Position numbers and translations under genes: made by a program
Shown: piece by piece, positions 1 through 13,609 of the stretch
How positions within the stretch are numbered: position 1 is the first letter of the stretch
Layout: the number at the start of each line of letters is the position of its first letter
The notes under the pieces: generated by a model
What the model saw: the letters and a program-made list of their open reading frames with translations, nothing else
Database searches by the model: none
What the model was told of the DNA's origin: nothing
Assembly: GCF_018350175.1 (NCBI RefSeq)
Contig: NC_058372.1
Coordinates: forward strand, 97,590,001 to 97,654,000
Source: Felis catus
Taxonomy: Eukaryota
Length of the DNA: 64,000 nt
Direction: 5' to 3'

Positions 1-720
1 TCTTACATATTGATAGAATTGGGCAGTGTAGTTAAATATTCATAATGCTTTCCTGTTTACTAGGCCTTCACAGACTGATTTTTCAGTATCTAGACTTTAG
101 ATATGAAAAAGAGAGATAGTCAATTGGTATCTTAATGAGATACAGTTTTACTCTCATGTAACATTGATTATTCAGAATATTGGAATGGGTTTCCGACAGA
201 TTTCTTCATTTGCTCATTTCCTGATTTTTGAAAATTCATTTTAGAGAAGGATAACTGACCACAGTTTTGTTCAGTGGGAATATAGAATTATTTTTAAAAC
301 TCTTACTGGATGCTATCCCACATTGTCCAGATATGAGACCATTGGTTTCCTTATTGGATAGCATTTTTATCTTTTGGGTTTGATGCTTTGGGCTTGTTGG
401 AAACTAGTATGTCACTATTCTGCCTTACTTTCTTTCTGCTCATTTCTTGTTGCTCCAAAGTCAGAAGAGTATAAATTTTTGTCCGAGTGATGACATTGTG
501 GTATATTCTAGATGTTGTTTGCTCACTGGCTGTTGATGTTATTTCTGATCGTTTTGTGAAAAGTGTTGCTAAGACAGTGGCCCAGGTATATTCTCATGAT
601 TGGTAGAAATAGCCTTATGGAAACCATATGTCTCAGAGCTGTCTTTCCCAAAATTCATTTTTATGTCTTGAAGCCCCCAAAATACTCTTTTTATTGAAAT
701 CCAGGTTGACCCAAAACAAG

Positions 721-957
721 TTTTATTTATTTATTTTTAATGTATATTTATTTATTTATTCACGTTTATTTATTTTTGAGAGCGAGAGAGAGCACGAGTA
801 GGGGAGTGGCAGAGAAAGGGAAACACAGGATCCAAAGCAGGCTCCAGGCTCTGAGCTGTCAGCACAGAGCCCAGTGTGGGGCTTGAATTCCTAAACTGTG
901 AGATCATGACCTGAGCCGAAGTTGAACACTTAACTGACTGAGCCCCCTAGGTACTCC
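721..957 (-). mobile_element. CAN-SINE (SINEC_Fc-like)
   Basis: T-rich tail, (GA)n, reverse-complement SINE body; flanking repeat CCAAAACAAG. Confidence 0.9.
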
Positions 958-1500
958 CCAAAACAAGAAGTTTTAAAAGCCTCATGATAATACAGCCTGT
1001 TCACTTGGAAATGTGTTGCGTCCCTATCCTTAGTGTCTCCATATCAGAACTTCTAAAACTTTGGGACCAGGAGGATCACTGCTCATCCTACCAGCCTTGT
1101 AACATTGGCGAATGATGGTGTCCAGCACATACACAATCATTCCCTGAAAAGCACTTTCAAAGTGCCTAATAACACATACACGAAGGTAGGTGGGAAATAG
1201 GCACAGAAAAACCTTTCTTGCTAGGTGTGTCTGTTGCATTATTTACTTGCTGTGATTACAAACCTCTAATTACCATCATTAATACTTGGAATTCTGTAAT
1301 CAACTATTTTTTTATTATCAATATGTGCAAAAGCGGAGAGAGAAAACATATATGGATAACACATGCAGAGGGGTGTATCAGTAAAATAATTCCTAAAAAC
1401 AGAGTTTCTGGGTTTATCAATCAGGATTAGATATGGCCTTGTTTAACAGAAAACCCAGATTTAATAGTGAATTATTTTCATGTAAAGGAAGTCTAGAACT

Positions 1501-1709
1501 GGGGTGCCTGGGTGACTCAGTTAAGCATCCGACTTCAGCTCAGGTCATGATCTCACAGCTCTTGAATTCAAGCCCTGCATCGAGCTCTGTGCTGACAGCT
1601 CAGAGCCTGGAGTCTGTTTCAGATTCTGTGTCCCCTCTCTGTCCACCCCACCCCTGCTTGTGCTCTCTCTCTGTCTTTCAAAAAAAATAAATAAACATTT
1701 TTAAAAAAA
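1501..1709 (+). mobile_element. CAN-SINE (SINEC_Fc-like)
   Basis: GGGGTGCCTGGGTGACTCAGTTAAGC head, CT-rich tract, A tail; flanking GAAGTCTAG on both sides. Confidence 0.9.
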
Positions 1710-2603
1710 TGAAGTCTAGGGCTGATATGATCATTCTAAGAAGTGGTTGACAACCTGTCTCTGAGATTCTCTTCCACCATTGCAGGTGGTTTTCATCATC
1801 AAGGTCCTCTCATGGTTCATCTAGATATAGATGGACTGAATAAATGCAGAACAAAAGGAACTCTCATCTGAGTTAGTTAGCTTTAAACAGTATTCCAGAA
1901 AGTTCTGTGGGACTCCCAGTTACATATCATACTTGTCATATGGCCACATCTAACTTTTCAAGGAAGGCTGGGAAATTTAGTGTCTTTTTTTTTCTGGGCA
2001 GTCATGTGCCCAGAATAAAATCAACCTTCTGTTAGTAAGAAAGAAGAAGAGACTGGAATCGTCTATTCCACTAAGTTAAAGGTTATGTACATTTTTAATA
2101 TCAGTAGGTATTAATATATTTTTTAAAGTTTGCATTCAGTTAATACTTTTTCCAGTTAATTGAAATGTTTATTTCCCCACAGGTGAACAAACAAAAAAAA
2201 TTCTGAATCTTGATAAAATGTTCTCTTCTGTATTGGAATTGTATAGTCCGCTAGAGGCATGAGTGTGATCTCCAAGAAAACAAATAACATCCACATTTTG
2301 AACTTCTAAGTGCTTCTGAAGTTTAAGGCAGATAACTTAATTTTTAAAAATCTGATACTTTATTTACTGTGTATTTGCTATGACTTTCAGCGCTAAAAGT
2401 AGATTTCCTTAGAGATGGAGAACCTGAGAAAAGAGAGTCTATTTCTTTAACACTGGACTTCCTGGATTGTATTGCAGGTGCTAACTTTATTCAGCATAGT
2501 TTAGTTCAAAAGGGAAAACAAGAGTTTATTTCACGAAAATGAGAGTCTTTTGTATGTCAGTCATCTCTAGCATTGACAAGAAGTAGTTGTGCTTTCTTTT
2601 GTC

Positions 2604-2804
2604 ATTTATTTTTTAATGTTGTTGTTGTTTTTTAATTAGAAAGTGTAAGTAGGGGAGAGGGTCAGAGGGACAGAGAGAGAATCCTAAGCAGGCTCCACAC
2701 TTAGCACAGAGCCTTATGCGGGACGTGATCCCATGACCCTGTGATCATGACCTGAGCCAAAATCAAGAGTTGGGTACTCAACCACCTGAGCCGCCCAAGC
2801 ACCC
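2604..2804 (-). mobile_element. CAN-SINE
   Basis: Reverse SINE body ending GAGCCGCCCAAGCACCCC. Confidence 0.85.
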
Positions 2805-2870
2805 CTTTCTTTTGGTGTTTGACACTTCCTAGTTGTTTTCTTATATGAATGTATATGACTTGTCCATATA

Positions 2871-3062
2871 TTTTTTAAAATGTTTATTTTTGAGAGAGAA
2901 AGAACGTGAGCAGAAGAGGGACAGAGAGAGAGAGGGAGACACAGGCTCTAGGCTCTGAGCTGTCAGCACAGAGCCCAATGCGGGGCTCAAACTCATGAAC
3001 TGTGAGATCAAGACCTGAACCGAAGTCAGACACTCAACCGACTAAGCTACCCAGGACCCCCC
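2871..3062 (-). mobile_element. CAN-SINE (SINEC_Fc-like)
   Basis: Reverse SINE body (GGCTCTGAGCTGTCAGCACAGAGCCC). Confidence 0.85.
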
Positions 3063-4041
3063 AACTTGTCTATATTTTAATGCACCTTTTCCTTCTAAGA
3101 AATATTTTAGTAATCATCACTAAACATAGTACTACATAAAAGCTGTCAGGAAGAAAGAAAAGCCATACGGCTTTTTAAATGTCCAAGTGGTATCTAAGTT
3201 TTAAACCTTTATTTTTTTCTATTTCTAGACCTCATATATAGACCTAGATAGACAAAGTAAAACCTATTTTACTATAGTAAGACTACCTCATTGTAGCTTG
3301 AATTGGCGTTTTTTTAAATGATGGCTTTTGCCAAGTTCTTTTGGCAGCTACTCTAGACTGAAAGAAAGTACTAAAAATTGATTACTTGCAAGCTGTTACT
3401 AATAGTTCCTTTTTTATGCAGCCATTGCCACCCAGCCCAGGCTGGGGTCCCTGTAAAATGTTAGTATCTGCGGTGACTATGTGGGGGACCTGTTGCCCAA
3501 GTGGAGTGAGTTAACTCTAATTTACTCCTGGATGTCTGCATTCTTTTCCACAACTGTCCACAAATAGCGTCACAGCAAATTAATGTAATTTTCTGATTGA
3601 TTCAAAGAGTAACCAAAGAAAGCTTGTTGTGTTTGGTGGCCAAAATACCACACAGTGTGAGCAAAGTAGAACTGCTGGCCCATTTTATAGCACTCTAATT
3701 GATAATTATTTCTCAAAGAGCACATTATTTGGCCGTGTGGCAACAATTCAGTATTATTCCAGAGGCATTAGACGTGTAGGTGCATGTGAACACTGCAGTA
3801 AATAAATGCTTCCTTTTGCCAAGAATGGAAGTAGGTTATCCAAGAAGAAAGGGGAGGGAAAAGAAAATATCAATTTCCTATGTACCAGAACAGGCCTGGC
3901 TTAAATCAGTTAGTTAAAAAACTGTAGAGTGTGAAATCTTGTAAAATTTTTTTTTTATTTTATTTTGTAGTAGAGGCTTCTGGTTTATATTTAATAACCT
4001 AGAAAATTAACTCTCTTCTGGAAACTTGGAGAAAGTATATA

Positions 4042-4904
4042 CAGTAAAAACCTTGGTTTGCGAGCATAATTTGTTTCAGAAATGCTTGTAACGCAAAGCA
4101 CTTTGTATATCAAAGCAAATTTCCCCATAAGAAATAATGGAAACTCAGAGGATTTGTTCCACAACCCAAAAATATTCATGTGAAAATGATTACAAATATT
4201 GTAATATAATACAAGATAATAAAGAAAATAAAAAATATAAAGAAAAATAAATGAACCTACACTTACCTTTGAAAACCTTCGTGGCTGGTATGAGGGAGAC
4301 AAGAAAAGGGGGGGATTATTATGTAGGACGACTTTGACTATCACAACGGAATCACTGCTATCTGTTGGCTCAATGGAATCTTTTTTCTGCATGGGGACCA
4401 TTGTATACGCTCACACAGGTGTTGACTACGGTACAGTATTAGTAAACTCTTGTCATACACTGTATTTAATGTCACTGGCAATAAGACAGCAGAGGAAAGT
4501 TTCTAAATCTGCAGACAGCCTGGCCTAGAATGAAGCAAAGCGTCCCTAAGCTTACTCTTGTATGGAAAAGCAAAGGACTGTACACAGGTGCTTTGAAGTG
4601 ACAAAAAATATACCAGTGCCAGTTGTGGGCACATTCCAACGTTCTGAAAAATCACTGATTTCTGCCAGACACCACGGCCTGAGACCAAGCATCTGAGTAT
4701 GGGAGACGATTGCGCACAATCCCTCAGAGAGAGAGGGAGAGAGAGAGAAAAGAACCATTGGCTCAGTTGTGATCATGTGGCATTCGGCAATGTACTACTC
4801 ATGTTGCAAGATATTGCTTGTTAATCAAGTTAAAATTTATTAGAAATGTTTGCTCGTCTTGTGGAACACTCAGAACAACTTACTTGCAATCCAGGCTTTT
4901 ACTG
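4042..4904. mobile_element. Non-autonomous TcMar/Tigger-like DNA transposon
   Basis: Imperfect terminal inverted repeats CAGTAAAAACCTTGGTTTGCGAG ... CTTGCAATCCAGGCTTTTACTG, each flanked by TA. Confidence 0.8.
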
Positions 4905-5649
4905 TAAATGTTTATGTGCAGGTGTTTGCTTTTGGTTCATGGGAACTCCCCAGTCCATCCTTTTTGCAGGTCTAACACTGCTAAATACTGTCAGAGGAAT
5001 GAAGAAAATGGATGTGGAAGAGCTAAAGTGGCAAGAGGAGGGAATCCTGGGTTTCTACACGTGTGACCTGTTACAACGACAGAGTCACTGTGGCAAGGAG
5101 AAAGGCCTGAAAGCATTTCCATAAGGGTTAAATTTGGGGCTGTCAGTAGACAAGTGTAGGGGACTGAGGAGAAGCTCTTCCTTCCGAGAATGGCCCAGCG
5201 CTCCAAAATCGAGATCTGGATCCTGTGGAAACTCAACCAATGTAACCTAGAGGACTTCCATGCAATGGGGCAGTTGGTTGTCAGGGAGATGGGGAGTGTG
5301 GACATAATGTGATCTGCTCTTGCGTCTGGTCAAGGGAGGCAAAGAGCGAGAAACCTGCTGCCTGCTCAGCTCTGCTCATCACAGGCAAACAGCAGCATTG
5401 AGCAACAGCTGGGAAAGATGGTGACTGATGCAGATGAAACACTGCACAGAGACTATACCTGGGGAGCTGCTCTTCTATGAATGGTTTATTTTCATAAGGC
5501 CTTACAGGTCCTCAGCAAAGCCAGATCAGACTATTCAGATTGCTGGAGCCACACGTCTGCTCTTTTACTTGTGACTTCAATTTCCTCCTTCATCCCCTTG
5601 TCTTGTGTTCTTGCTCATTTATGTAGGAGTAGAGAAGAAAATTAGCTAA

Positions 5650-6076
5650 AGATGAATTGCCACATTACATCTTTTGCATTTGGCCCCACTAGCCATGAGA
5701 CTCGTAGGTCAGAGGCAAAGGAATGTATTACGCATAGCACAGCAAGCTGCACAAGCAGCAACGTATTTTGCATCAGTTTCCACTTTGGTCCCAAGTCCCA
5801 CAAGGGTGACGCAGATGGGCCCAGGTTGATGCCTACACATGCAGTGGGTGCTGTTAATAGGAGGGGAACCCTAGGTTTAGGGATCCTTTATCTTTTATGA
5901 TGGGCAGTAAGTATATCTGTACGTTGCTCTGGAGCGAGACACTACCACTATCTTTCAAGTCTGTTCACTATGCAAATGCAAACATTCAAGAAAGATAGTT
6001 CAGAACAGAGGGCCATTAGTGCTTGCTTGCAAGACATGCAGAAACTCCAGCAACCCATGGAGAGTTCTGTCTCAGC
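5650..6076 (-). mobile_element. Old solo ERV LTR (ERVL-type; family uncertain)
   Basis: Right end reverse-complements to GCTGAGACAGAACTCTCCATGG...TTTCTGCATGTCTTGCAAGC, resembling recalled ancient LTR 5' ends. Confidence 0.5.
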
Positions 6077-6631
6077 TTGGATTTATTAACCCTTTAGGAA
6101 GCTTGCGTGACTTCTGTTTCTGTCCACAAATTAACATCAGGACTCGGCTGCCTTTCTTTCTTGGGAAGACAACGGAGATCATGGCTGTTCAAAAGAACCT
6201 TAATGAACTTGTTTCTGGAGAAAGCTAACACAGGGTAATATGGTTCTGTATAATGCCTCAGAGAGTTGGAAGTGTATTATTTGAAGCTACCTTTGAACCT
6301 GAAAATAGCTCAGCAACATCTGTACCTGTGTATTTTCCTTCCCTTGTCTTGATTTGAAGGGATTAGTTTCCATGGCCCCTGTATATACAGTGATTTGTTA
6401 TGCTTTAGGGGAAGACCTAGTACCTGGTCATGCTCTGAGTGCACACACACATTTCCTCTTAGCAAATGAACAATTTGACTAAGGGAAGAGAGTTAGAAAC
6501 TTCAGCTGAGGAGCCCTGGTGATAGGCCCAAGGAAGTTGAGAAAATCTGTGGGATAAATCTGCCAAGACAGACTCAACTAAGGAGGCAGTTATAAGGCCA
6601 GAGGTCCCCTGTCCTCAAGAATGGCCTTGGA

Positions 6632-6886
6632 GGGGCACCTGGGTGGCTCAGTCAGCTAGGCATCTGACTTCAGCTTAGGCCATGATCTCGCGGTTCATGA
6701 GTTTGAGCCCCACGTTGGACTCTGTGCTGACAGCTCAGAGCCTGGAGCCTGCTTTGGATTCTATGTCTCTCCCTCCCTCCCTCCTTCTCTCTCTCTCTCT
6801 CTCACTGCCCCCCCCCCCCACTCCCGGCTCATGCTCAGTCTTTCTCTGTCTCTCAACAAATAAATAAACATTAAAAGAAAGAAAAA
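6632..6886 (+). mobile_element. CAN-SINE (SINEC_Fc-like)
   Basis: Full head-to-tail SINE; TSD AAGAATGGCCTTGGA. Confidence 0.92.
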
Positions 6887-9079
6887 AAGAATGGCCTTGG
6901 AGTCACAGACAGTTGGTATGCAGGGACCAGTGAGCCCTGGAGCACTATGACACCTGCTAAGTGAGGTGTGGGCTCACCCCCTAACTTCACCATACTAAGA
7001 GTGTCTTATGTGCCTATCCTTGCCAGTTAATATTATCCCTCCTACCCTTTGGGTGATAGATACTATACTACTGGTGTTTCCAGGTTTTTAAGTGCTTTCA
7101 AGCTTACCCCACACATCAAGTAGATTAGAGCCTAGCACATATTAATACTACAGTACTGCATTCCTTTCATGGCCTTTTGAAAAACTGACTTATCCCGTGC
7201 ACATTCAGCCTTTTTCATCATAGTTTGGAGAACAGTGCTAATTAACGTGTACATTTAGGAACATCCTAGATTTTAAGTTAAAATGTGCTGGTATCTAAAT
7301 GTCCACCACCACTACCACTCCCCACGAACAGTGGAATGGGTGTCTGGTTCCTTAGTTGATCATTTTCTGTGGACTTTTGAGCTGTGTGGTGCTCATCTGT
7401 ATGTGTGATTGGCACCCAGAAGTGTCCTGGAATGAACAGTTGATTCACTTGGTTGGCATTTAGCAATATCATTACATTGGTCATCAGCCACTTTTGCATC
7501 CTATGGTTTTAAACAAGAAGAAATCTTGCAAAATCAGTGCAGTGAAATGCTGCACATGCAGGTAAGGTTACAGGGTAGAGAAAGCAGTTCCTCAGGAGGC
7601 TCCTTTTTAGCTGAATGTCATTGGGCTGTGGAAAGGAAAGAGAAGGGTACTGTAGACCTGAGTCACTTTGCAGAATTGTCTGCTGCGTTCTTTATTCCTG
7701 TAAAGAGAAAGTCCATCGGTTGTTTTCTTTGCAGTAGCCGACATGAGATATTCTGTTGTGTGGCATTTACTTTTTTTGTCTTCTGCTTTTTACCAGTATC
7801 GTCTTGATTTTTGATGACTATCAGAATAACTAACATTGACATTTGGAAGATAGCCTGCTTCCAAATACATATACACTTGTCTGTTCTGTAAACCCTAGCC
7901 CAAACTTTTTCCTTCCCTAGCTGAAAAATGTGCCTCTACCCCTCCTGGTCTTTCCAGGGTGTGGGCCTGTGCTTAGCTGTGTGACTGTGCCCACACGTTG
8001 GCATATATTTCGGTGCTACCCAAAAGTAATCCGTTGCCCTTGAAATAACAAGATGAAAAAGAATTGTTTTTCTGAGCCATAACATCTGAAGAGCTGGAAA
8101 CAGTTGTGTTTGTATGTGTGCCGCTAAAGCCAGTGAATTTCATGTGAAGGAAGGGATTGTAAACCAAGAACAGAAAAGCAGTTTTCCTGGATTTCAGATG
8201 ACAAACTCAAGCTGTTTAACTCACCCACTCAGCACCTCCACAGCCATCCCTTTAATGTGCTTGCAGGCATTGTCAGTGATTTCTGTTTCTGCAGCTTTTG
8301 TTGCCAGAAGACAAATAATAAAATAGCATGCATATACAAACTTAAAGCAGTTTTCTACCAGTGTTTGATTGAGGTTAAACAGAAGCATCCTGATCATGCT
8401 GTCAGTTGGCAGGCAAAGGCATATTTTAAAATTCACATAGATTTAAAGAAAGCTAATCTTTTCTGGCTCTATAATAAACTAATTACATGTTTAAAATAGT
8501 ATAGAGCTGAGTCCCTATTTCAGATTAAGCCTCGTAATGGCAAGGTCAGGACAAAGCAGACATTTGCCTGGCTTTGCCTGATGTCTCTGGCTTGAGGATC
8601 CACAGCACGGTGCCAGCTGTTTCAGAGCCTGAATAGGTCTGCCAAGGACGGCCAGGTAATACTGACTTGACTCACTAATGGGTTAATGCTCTCTGAGCAC
8701 AGAAGCCACCAGACGTGCCACCGAAGAAGACCTGGATACTTAATAGTTTATGGCAGTAATCTTGTTTGGTTGTTCCCTAAAAGAGGTGATCCCAGGTTAG
8801 GTTAGGACATGCCAGTCGTGTCTCTTTTGGGGTATATCTGAGAAAAAAGGTGTCATTTCTAAACATGATCTGGTTTCAACAAGGCTGACTTCATAGCTAG
8901 TCATTCTTCCACTCTTTCCCTTCTTTTCATAATCCTAGGGACCATGTGCAGAAACTTAGAGATGGGAACATGTCATTCAGTAACATAGATTTTTGTTCTT
9001 GTTCCTTCATGTTCCTTGGTCACCTGTTAGTGGTGCCTCTCTCCTTAGGCAGTTTGGTGATGTCAGAGGGAAACCTATA

Positions 9080-9260
9080 CGGGCAGTGGTGAGAGCTTCA
9101 CTCTGGAGTTAGCCTTGGGCTTGATTACTAGCACCACCAGACAAGCTACTTAAATTTTCTGTACCTCAGTTTCCTCCTGACAGGCTTGTCGTGAAAATAA
9201 GTGAGATTAGGTTTGTCAAGCACAGAGACTTGGCCTTGGTAGATGTCAAATACATTAAGT
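9080..9260 (+). mobile_element. MIR fragment
   Basis: Core-like ACTTAAATTTTCTGTACCTCAGTTTCCTC. Confidence 0.55.
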
Positions 9261-9769
9261 TCTTTCAGATTGCAGGTGAAGTAGACTTTTCTTTTGGATT
9301 TTTCTGTTCTTGTTTTTCTTTGGATGTGCCTTGGAGGAGACTTAGTACCAGAGTGTGTTATCTATGATTTTGAGTCTGCCTCTGAGGGCTCTGGGCCAAC
9401 CTCATTACCAAGAATGAGGCCCTATAGCATCTCAAGGCAGGTAAGGAGTCAGCTCTTCTCCCTAGATGGACATGACACCTTTGTGCCAAGCCCTTGCTCC
9501 TCCAAGTAGCTCACACACTGTCATGTTGCCCTTCTTAGCATCTCTTATTACAGAGAACCGTAAATCTACTAATTAGGCTGTCATCTTGTTTTTGGAAATT
9601 GGATTGTATAATTGAAGTTAATACTCAAAGGGGAGACTTGCTACTTCACATTTTACAGTGGATGGTTATTTCCATCTTCACTCACGTGAGGATTGGTCAT
9701 TGAGCTCATGTTTTATAACATTGCCAAGTATAATTCAGGTTTGTTTTGTGGCTGTTGCCCCTTTTCACC

Positions 9770-9860
9770 AATTCACTGATTAAACAAATATTTTTTTGAA
9801 CACCTACTATGTACCAGGCCCCATGCTAGGTGCTAAAGCTATAATAAGACATGGTGCCTG
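9770..9860. mobile_element. L2 3' fragment
   Basis: AACAAATATTT...GAACACCTACTATGTACCAGGCCCCATGCTAGGTGCT typical of the L2 end. Confidence 0.55.
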
Positions 9861-12499
9861 GTTGTGAAGAGTTCTATATGTGTTTGGGGAGACACGTTCT
9901 CCTCAAATTATAAAACAAGGCAGACTGAAGTTGGATGGCTTGGTGGCTGGCTGGATGGGTGGGTAGAAGATACTACCTACCCATGCTTTGTGCTCCCTGC
10001 ACTTCATCCCTTTAACCGGTGTGGTAATCCAGACATTGGAACCGATGTTGTTTCTGGGTATTACTGTTCTACCTTAAGGCCAAGAGATCAGAGTTTGTCT
10101 CAGTGTGGCGTCCACTTACTAGCTGATTGACTTCAGGTACTCCCTTGTATCTCTTTGGCCCTTTGTTTCTTTCACTGTAAAGTTAAGGCTGCGTGTTACT
10201 AGGTGGGTTTCACAGCCCTCTCCATTTTCCCCAGTTTACTTTTAACTGAACTTCCTGCTCTGATCACTTATATAATGCCATGAAAGTGATTATTAAACTC
10301 TGATGTATTCCTGAATTCTGGTCATGTATTTCCAATGCCTTTTTATTCTGTTTCCACCCACAATAAATTTTCAAACTGGAAAAACTTGTAGCTTTATTGT
10401 TTTTTAATCTAAGTGAAAATTATGTTAATAGTAAAACTATTTCTGTTCTACTTTGTTCTACTCTGTGGAGTCCATTTCAAGAATGTTCTGTAACTTCATG
10501 GTGTTTAACCCTTTGAGGCATCCATTTCGTGTAGCTAGCTGTGCATGGTCTCCACAAGGAATTGACATAGTGTGTGCCCGTGTGGGAAAGGGAAATGGAT
10601 TCAGTAACAACATCAGGGAAGAAGCTTGGAGAAAGAGAGCAGGAGCTGCCAAAGGCTATAACTTTAACCTGCTTTCTGGGGATTGTAATTCTATTGACTG
10701 CATGCCTTTAACTGCTTCTCCCTCAGTCTGGGGAGAAGGATGGGCAGGGGATTGGAAGCAGGAGGGCTCATGGGGAGGGGCAGGGTGCTGCCGACAGTGG
10801 GTGTGGGCAGAGGTTGCAAGGCTGCCAGGGTTCTCTTTGTGCCGGAAGTGCAGGTTTGGCTGTAAGGAATGGAATGTTCCCTCTTGCCCTCCAAGAACAG
10901 AAACAGCTGTGGAAGAGCTTGAAAAGATTACTAAATGAAAAAAAAATTAATATGAAAATAAAAGCCACATAGAAAATCCAACAAGACTGCAGTAGAGTAG
11001 TAGCCGTCTTTTTCATGCTCTTCGAGAGAACTTTCTTCCTATCTAGGATTCCTTTTTTTCATTTGAGGGCAGGACAGATTGTCTGCCCAGCCCTTCCTCT
11101 TCTAAGAAAGCCTCATGTGTCTCATTTTGCTTGGGTAAAGAATGGGTTCATTATGCTGATTATCAGATGATTGCTATTATTTTATTCGGTTTAGTGAGAG
11201 ACCAGAACCTGTCACTTACTGCATGAAAACTTGAAGCAAACGTTAATTTTCAAAGGAGGTCTCTCTGGGTAGAGGATTATTGTTAGCAAATTTAACAGAA
11301 ATCTTATTTCAAGCTGGAAATTTAATCCTTCAGCCAAGTTCCTGACAATATTTATTTTAGAACATTGTCTTTTTAAAATAAGTCCCTTAATGGTTTAAAC
11401 TTAGTGTTTTAAACAAGAGTAAGAGTAGAGCTAGCCTGGGACTTGTCTTACACATCAGGGTTGATTGTGCAATGCTTTATGTGAATGTTTATTTAAGTTT
11501 TCTTCTCTGTCTAAAAGGCTTGCTTGCCTATTACAGCTGGTATTCCATATAGTCAGAAATAATAACTGTTTCTGATTTCAAGTCTGTTTTATGCTATCAT
11601 GCTTTCTGTACTTGCTTTTGAACAACAGGTTAGCCCCAAAGAAGATAAAATCTAGTGGAAAATCTAGTGGAAGATAGCTAAAACCTAGACTCTACCAGTT
11701 TCTAATAAGAAGGACCAGCCTCACACTTGCCCCTCAGATGGCGGCACTACTTGGCTCTTTGCCATGTCCACTCAAGGATCTTTGCCCTGAGTGTAATGAT
11801 GTAGTGTTTTGCACAGTTGAGGAATGAGAAGGAATGAGAAATGGAATATGTGATTATTATTTTTGAGACTGAGTATGTCCTCAGGAAGTTCATCAAGTGA
11901 TATTTTGCTGTGTTAACAGTGGGAGCTGATAAGTACCTCAGGATTGGGGTATGGCTTTTTCAGTAGTTACTTTTACCCAGTCTGTCTTTTTGGCATTTTG
12001 CTTGAAGGATAGTCTATGAAAGGGATTGTATGAGATTGCATGCTAATTCAGGGAGGCTCCTGAAAATTATAGGGATTAGCTACTGTCCCAGCTCATCCTG
12101 TCTTCAGCCTATTATCAATTCTTAGTTTTGTGACTGCCCACATGTCCTCTTTTCTGTCCATGCCTATCCATGCTGGGTGGAGAAGTGGCACAGGACAGAA
12201 TGAGATGACCATCCACAGGCAGTACAAGGTCAAGGACCCTTCTTCCCTGTCTCCCTTGCCTTTTTTTTTTTTCTTTCTAAGAAAAAAGATAATCTGGATC
12301 CCAGTGGCCTGAAAAATTACTCTCTCTGTTTTACTCTGCACATATAATCACAGCTTGATTCTATAGGCCCAGTTCTCATCCTTATTTTCTAAGTGGTGGG
12401 AACTTGAACTTAGAAAACACTGATTCTGCTTCCCAGACCTGGGAAGACTAGGGACGGTTAGGTTGGACTCAGAGTCTCAGTCACTGGAAAGGCAAGGGG

Positions 12500-12675
12500 G
12501 AAATTCCAGTGATTCTCAGCTCTCCTTGCACAGAACAATCTGGGGAGCTTTAAAAATGCACCTCTACCTTAGCCTTACCCACACCAATTGAATCAGAATC
12601 CCTGGGAGTAGGGCAGGAGTATGTAAAGCCTCCCCAGGTGATTCTAATGGGCAGCCAGGGGAAAGAATTAATACT
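12500..12675. mobile_element. MER5A-like hAT-Charlie MITE
   Basis: CAGTGATTCTCA...GAATCAGAATCCCTGGGAGTAGGG...CCCCAGGTGATTCTAATG. Confidence 0.6.
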
Positions 12676-13609
12676 TAAGAGAAGTCAGGGCCTTGTCCAG
12701 AGAACTGCCTTTGAAAGAGCCTGTCATTATAAATCAAAGGCCACTTCCCAGGCCCTCTCCTAAAGCTGTATCTTTGCATTACTCTGCAGTGGCACCCAGC
12801 CCCCTGGGTCTCCTCGTGACTTGTGGTTTTCATTGGGCTTTTCACGTGACCTTTATCATCGACTGCTCAGGAGATGCATATATTAGAATTCAGGCATTTG
12901 GCAGCCTCGTTCTGAATTGTCATTGCCCACAAGTCAAAGCAGTGAGACCTACTTGAAATGCTGGTCCTATGTGTAAGGTAGATGAATATTGTGTCTAAAA
13001 GCAATCTTTTGCAGATTGTCCCCACTGAAATCCCTTAGAAGGACCAGATGGATGCCTGCAATCTGCCTGGTGGGGAGCAGTGGGTCTGGCTTAGGGGTTG
13101 ACAGCCATAGCTCTCATTTTGCTACTTTTGAGACAGCACAAAAAAAGAGAGGGAGGGGTTGTCTTCAAAAAATAAATAAATAAATAAAATGGAAGGTAGG
13201 CAGGGGCCTTTAAGAGTTAAATTACACAACTCCCTTTTTATTTTTAAAGTCAGTGGATTCCTTGTTGCCGTTGCTGAGAAAGATAAATTGATACCACATG
13301 TTGCTTCCAGACAAAACCCTCTCTGTGTTCCAGGGGGAGCACATGCAGCTGGTGTCTGGGTTAGTGGACAGTCTCCACAAGGTAAACATGGGTTGGAAGG
13401 GGCTGCAGTGGACATAGGGTAGCAACAGTTAGGAAATTACCAGTCACTCCTGACTGACACAGCACCTTTGAAATACTTTTAAGAGTCTGAAATCTTCCTG
13501 GAAGGAGCCGCCCTCTCACCTTTTGGCTTAAATTATACGATGCTCGGAAAACAGTAAGTGAACGTTTCTGATGTCACTGCTTCCGTATGTGGGATTTGAC
13601 AGTTGAGAG

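Noticed and set aside
9681..9696. CTCACGTGAG next to ATTGG as an ER-stress element
   Set aside because: Spacing and orientation fit neither ERSE (CCAAT-N9-CCACG) nor ERSE-II (ATTGG-N-CCACG)
11647..11843. Small tandem doublets (AAAATCTAGTGG x2, GGAATGAGAA x2)
   Set aside because: Ordinary slippage duplications with no sign of function
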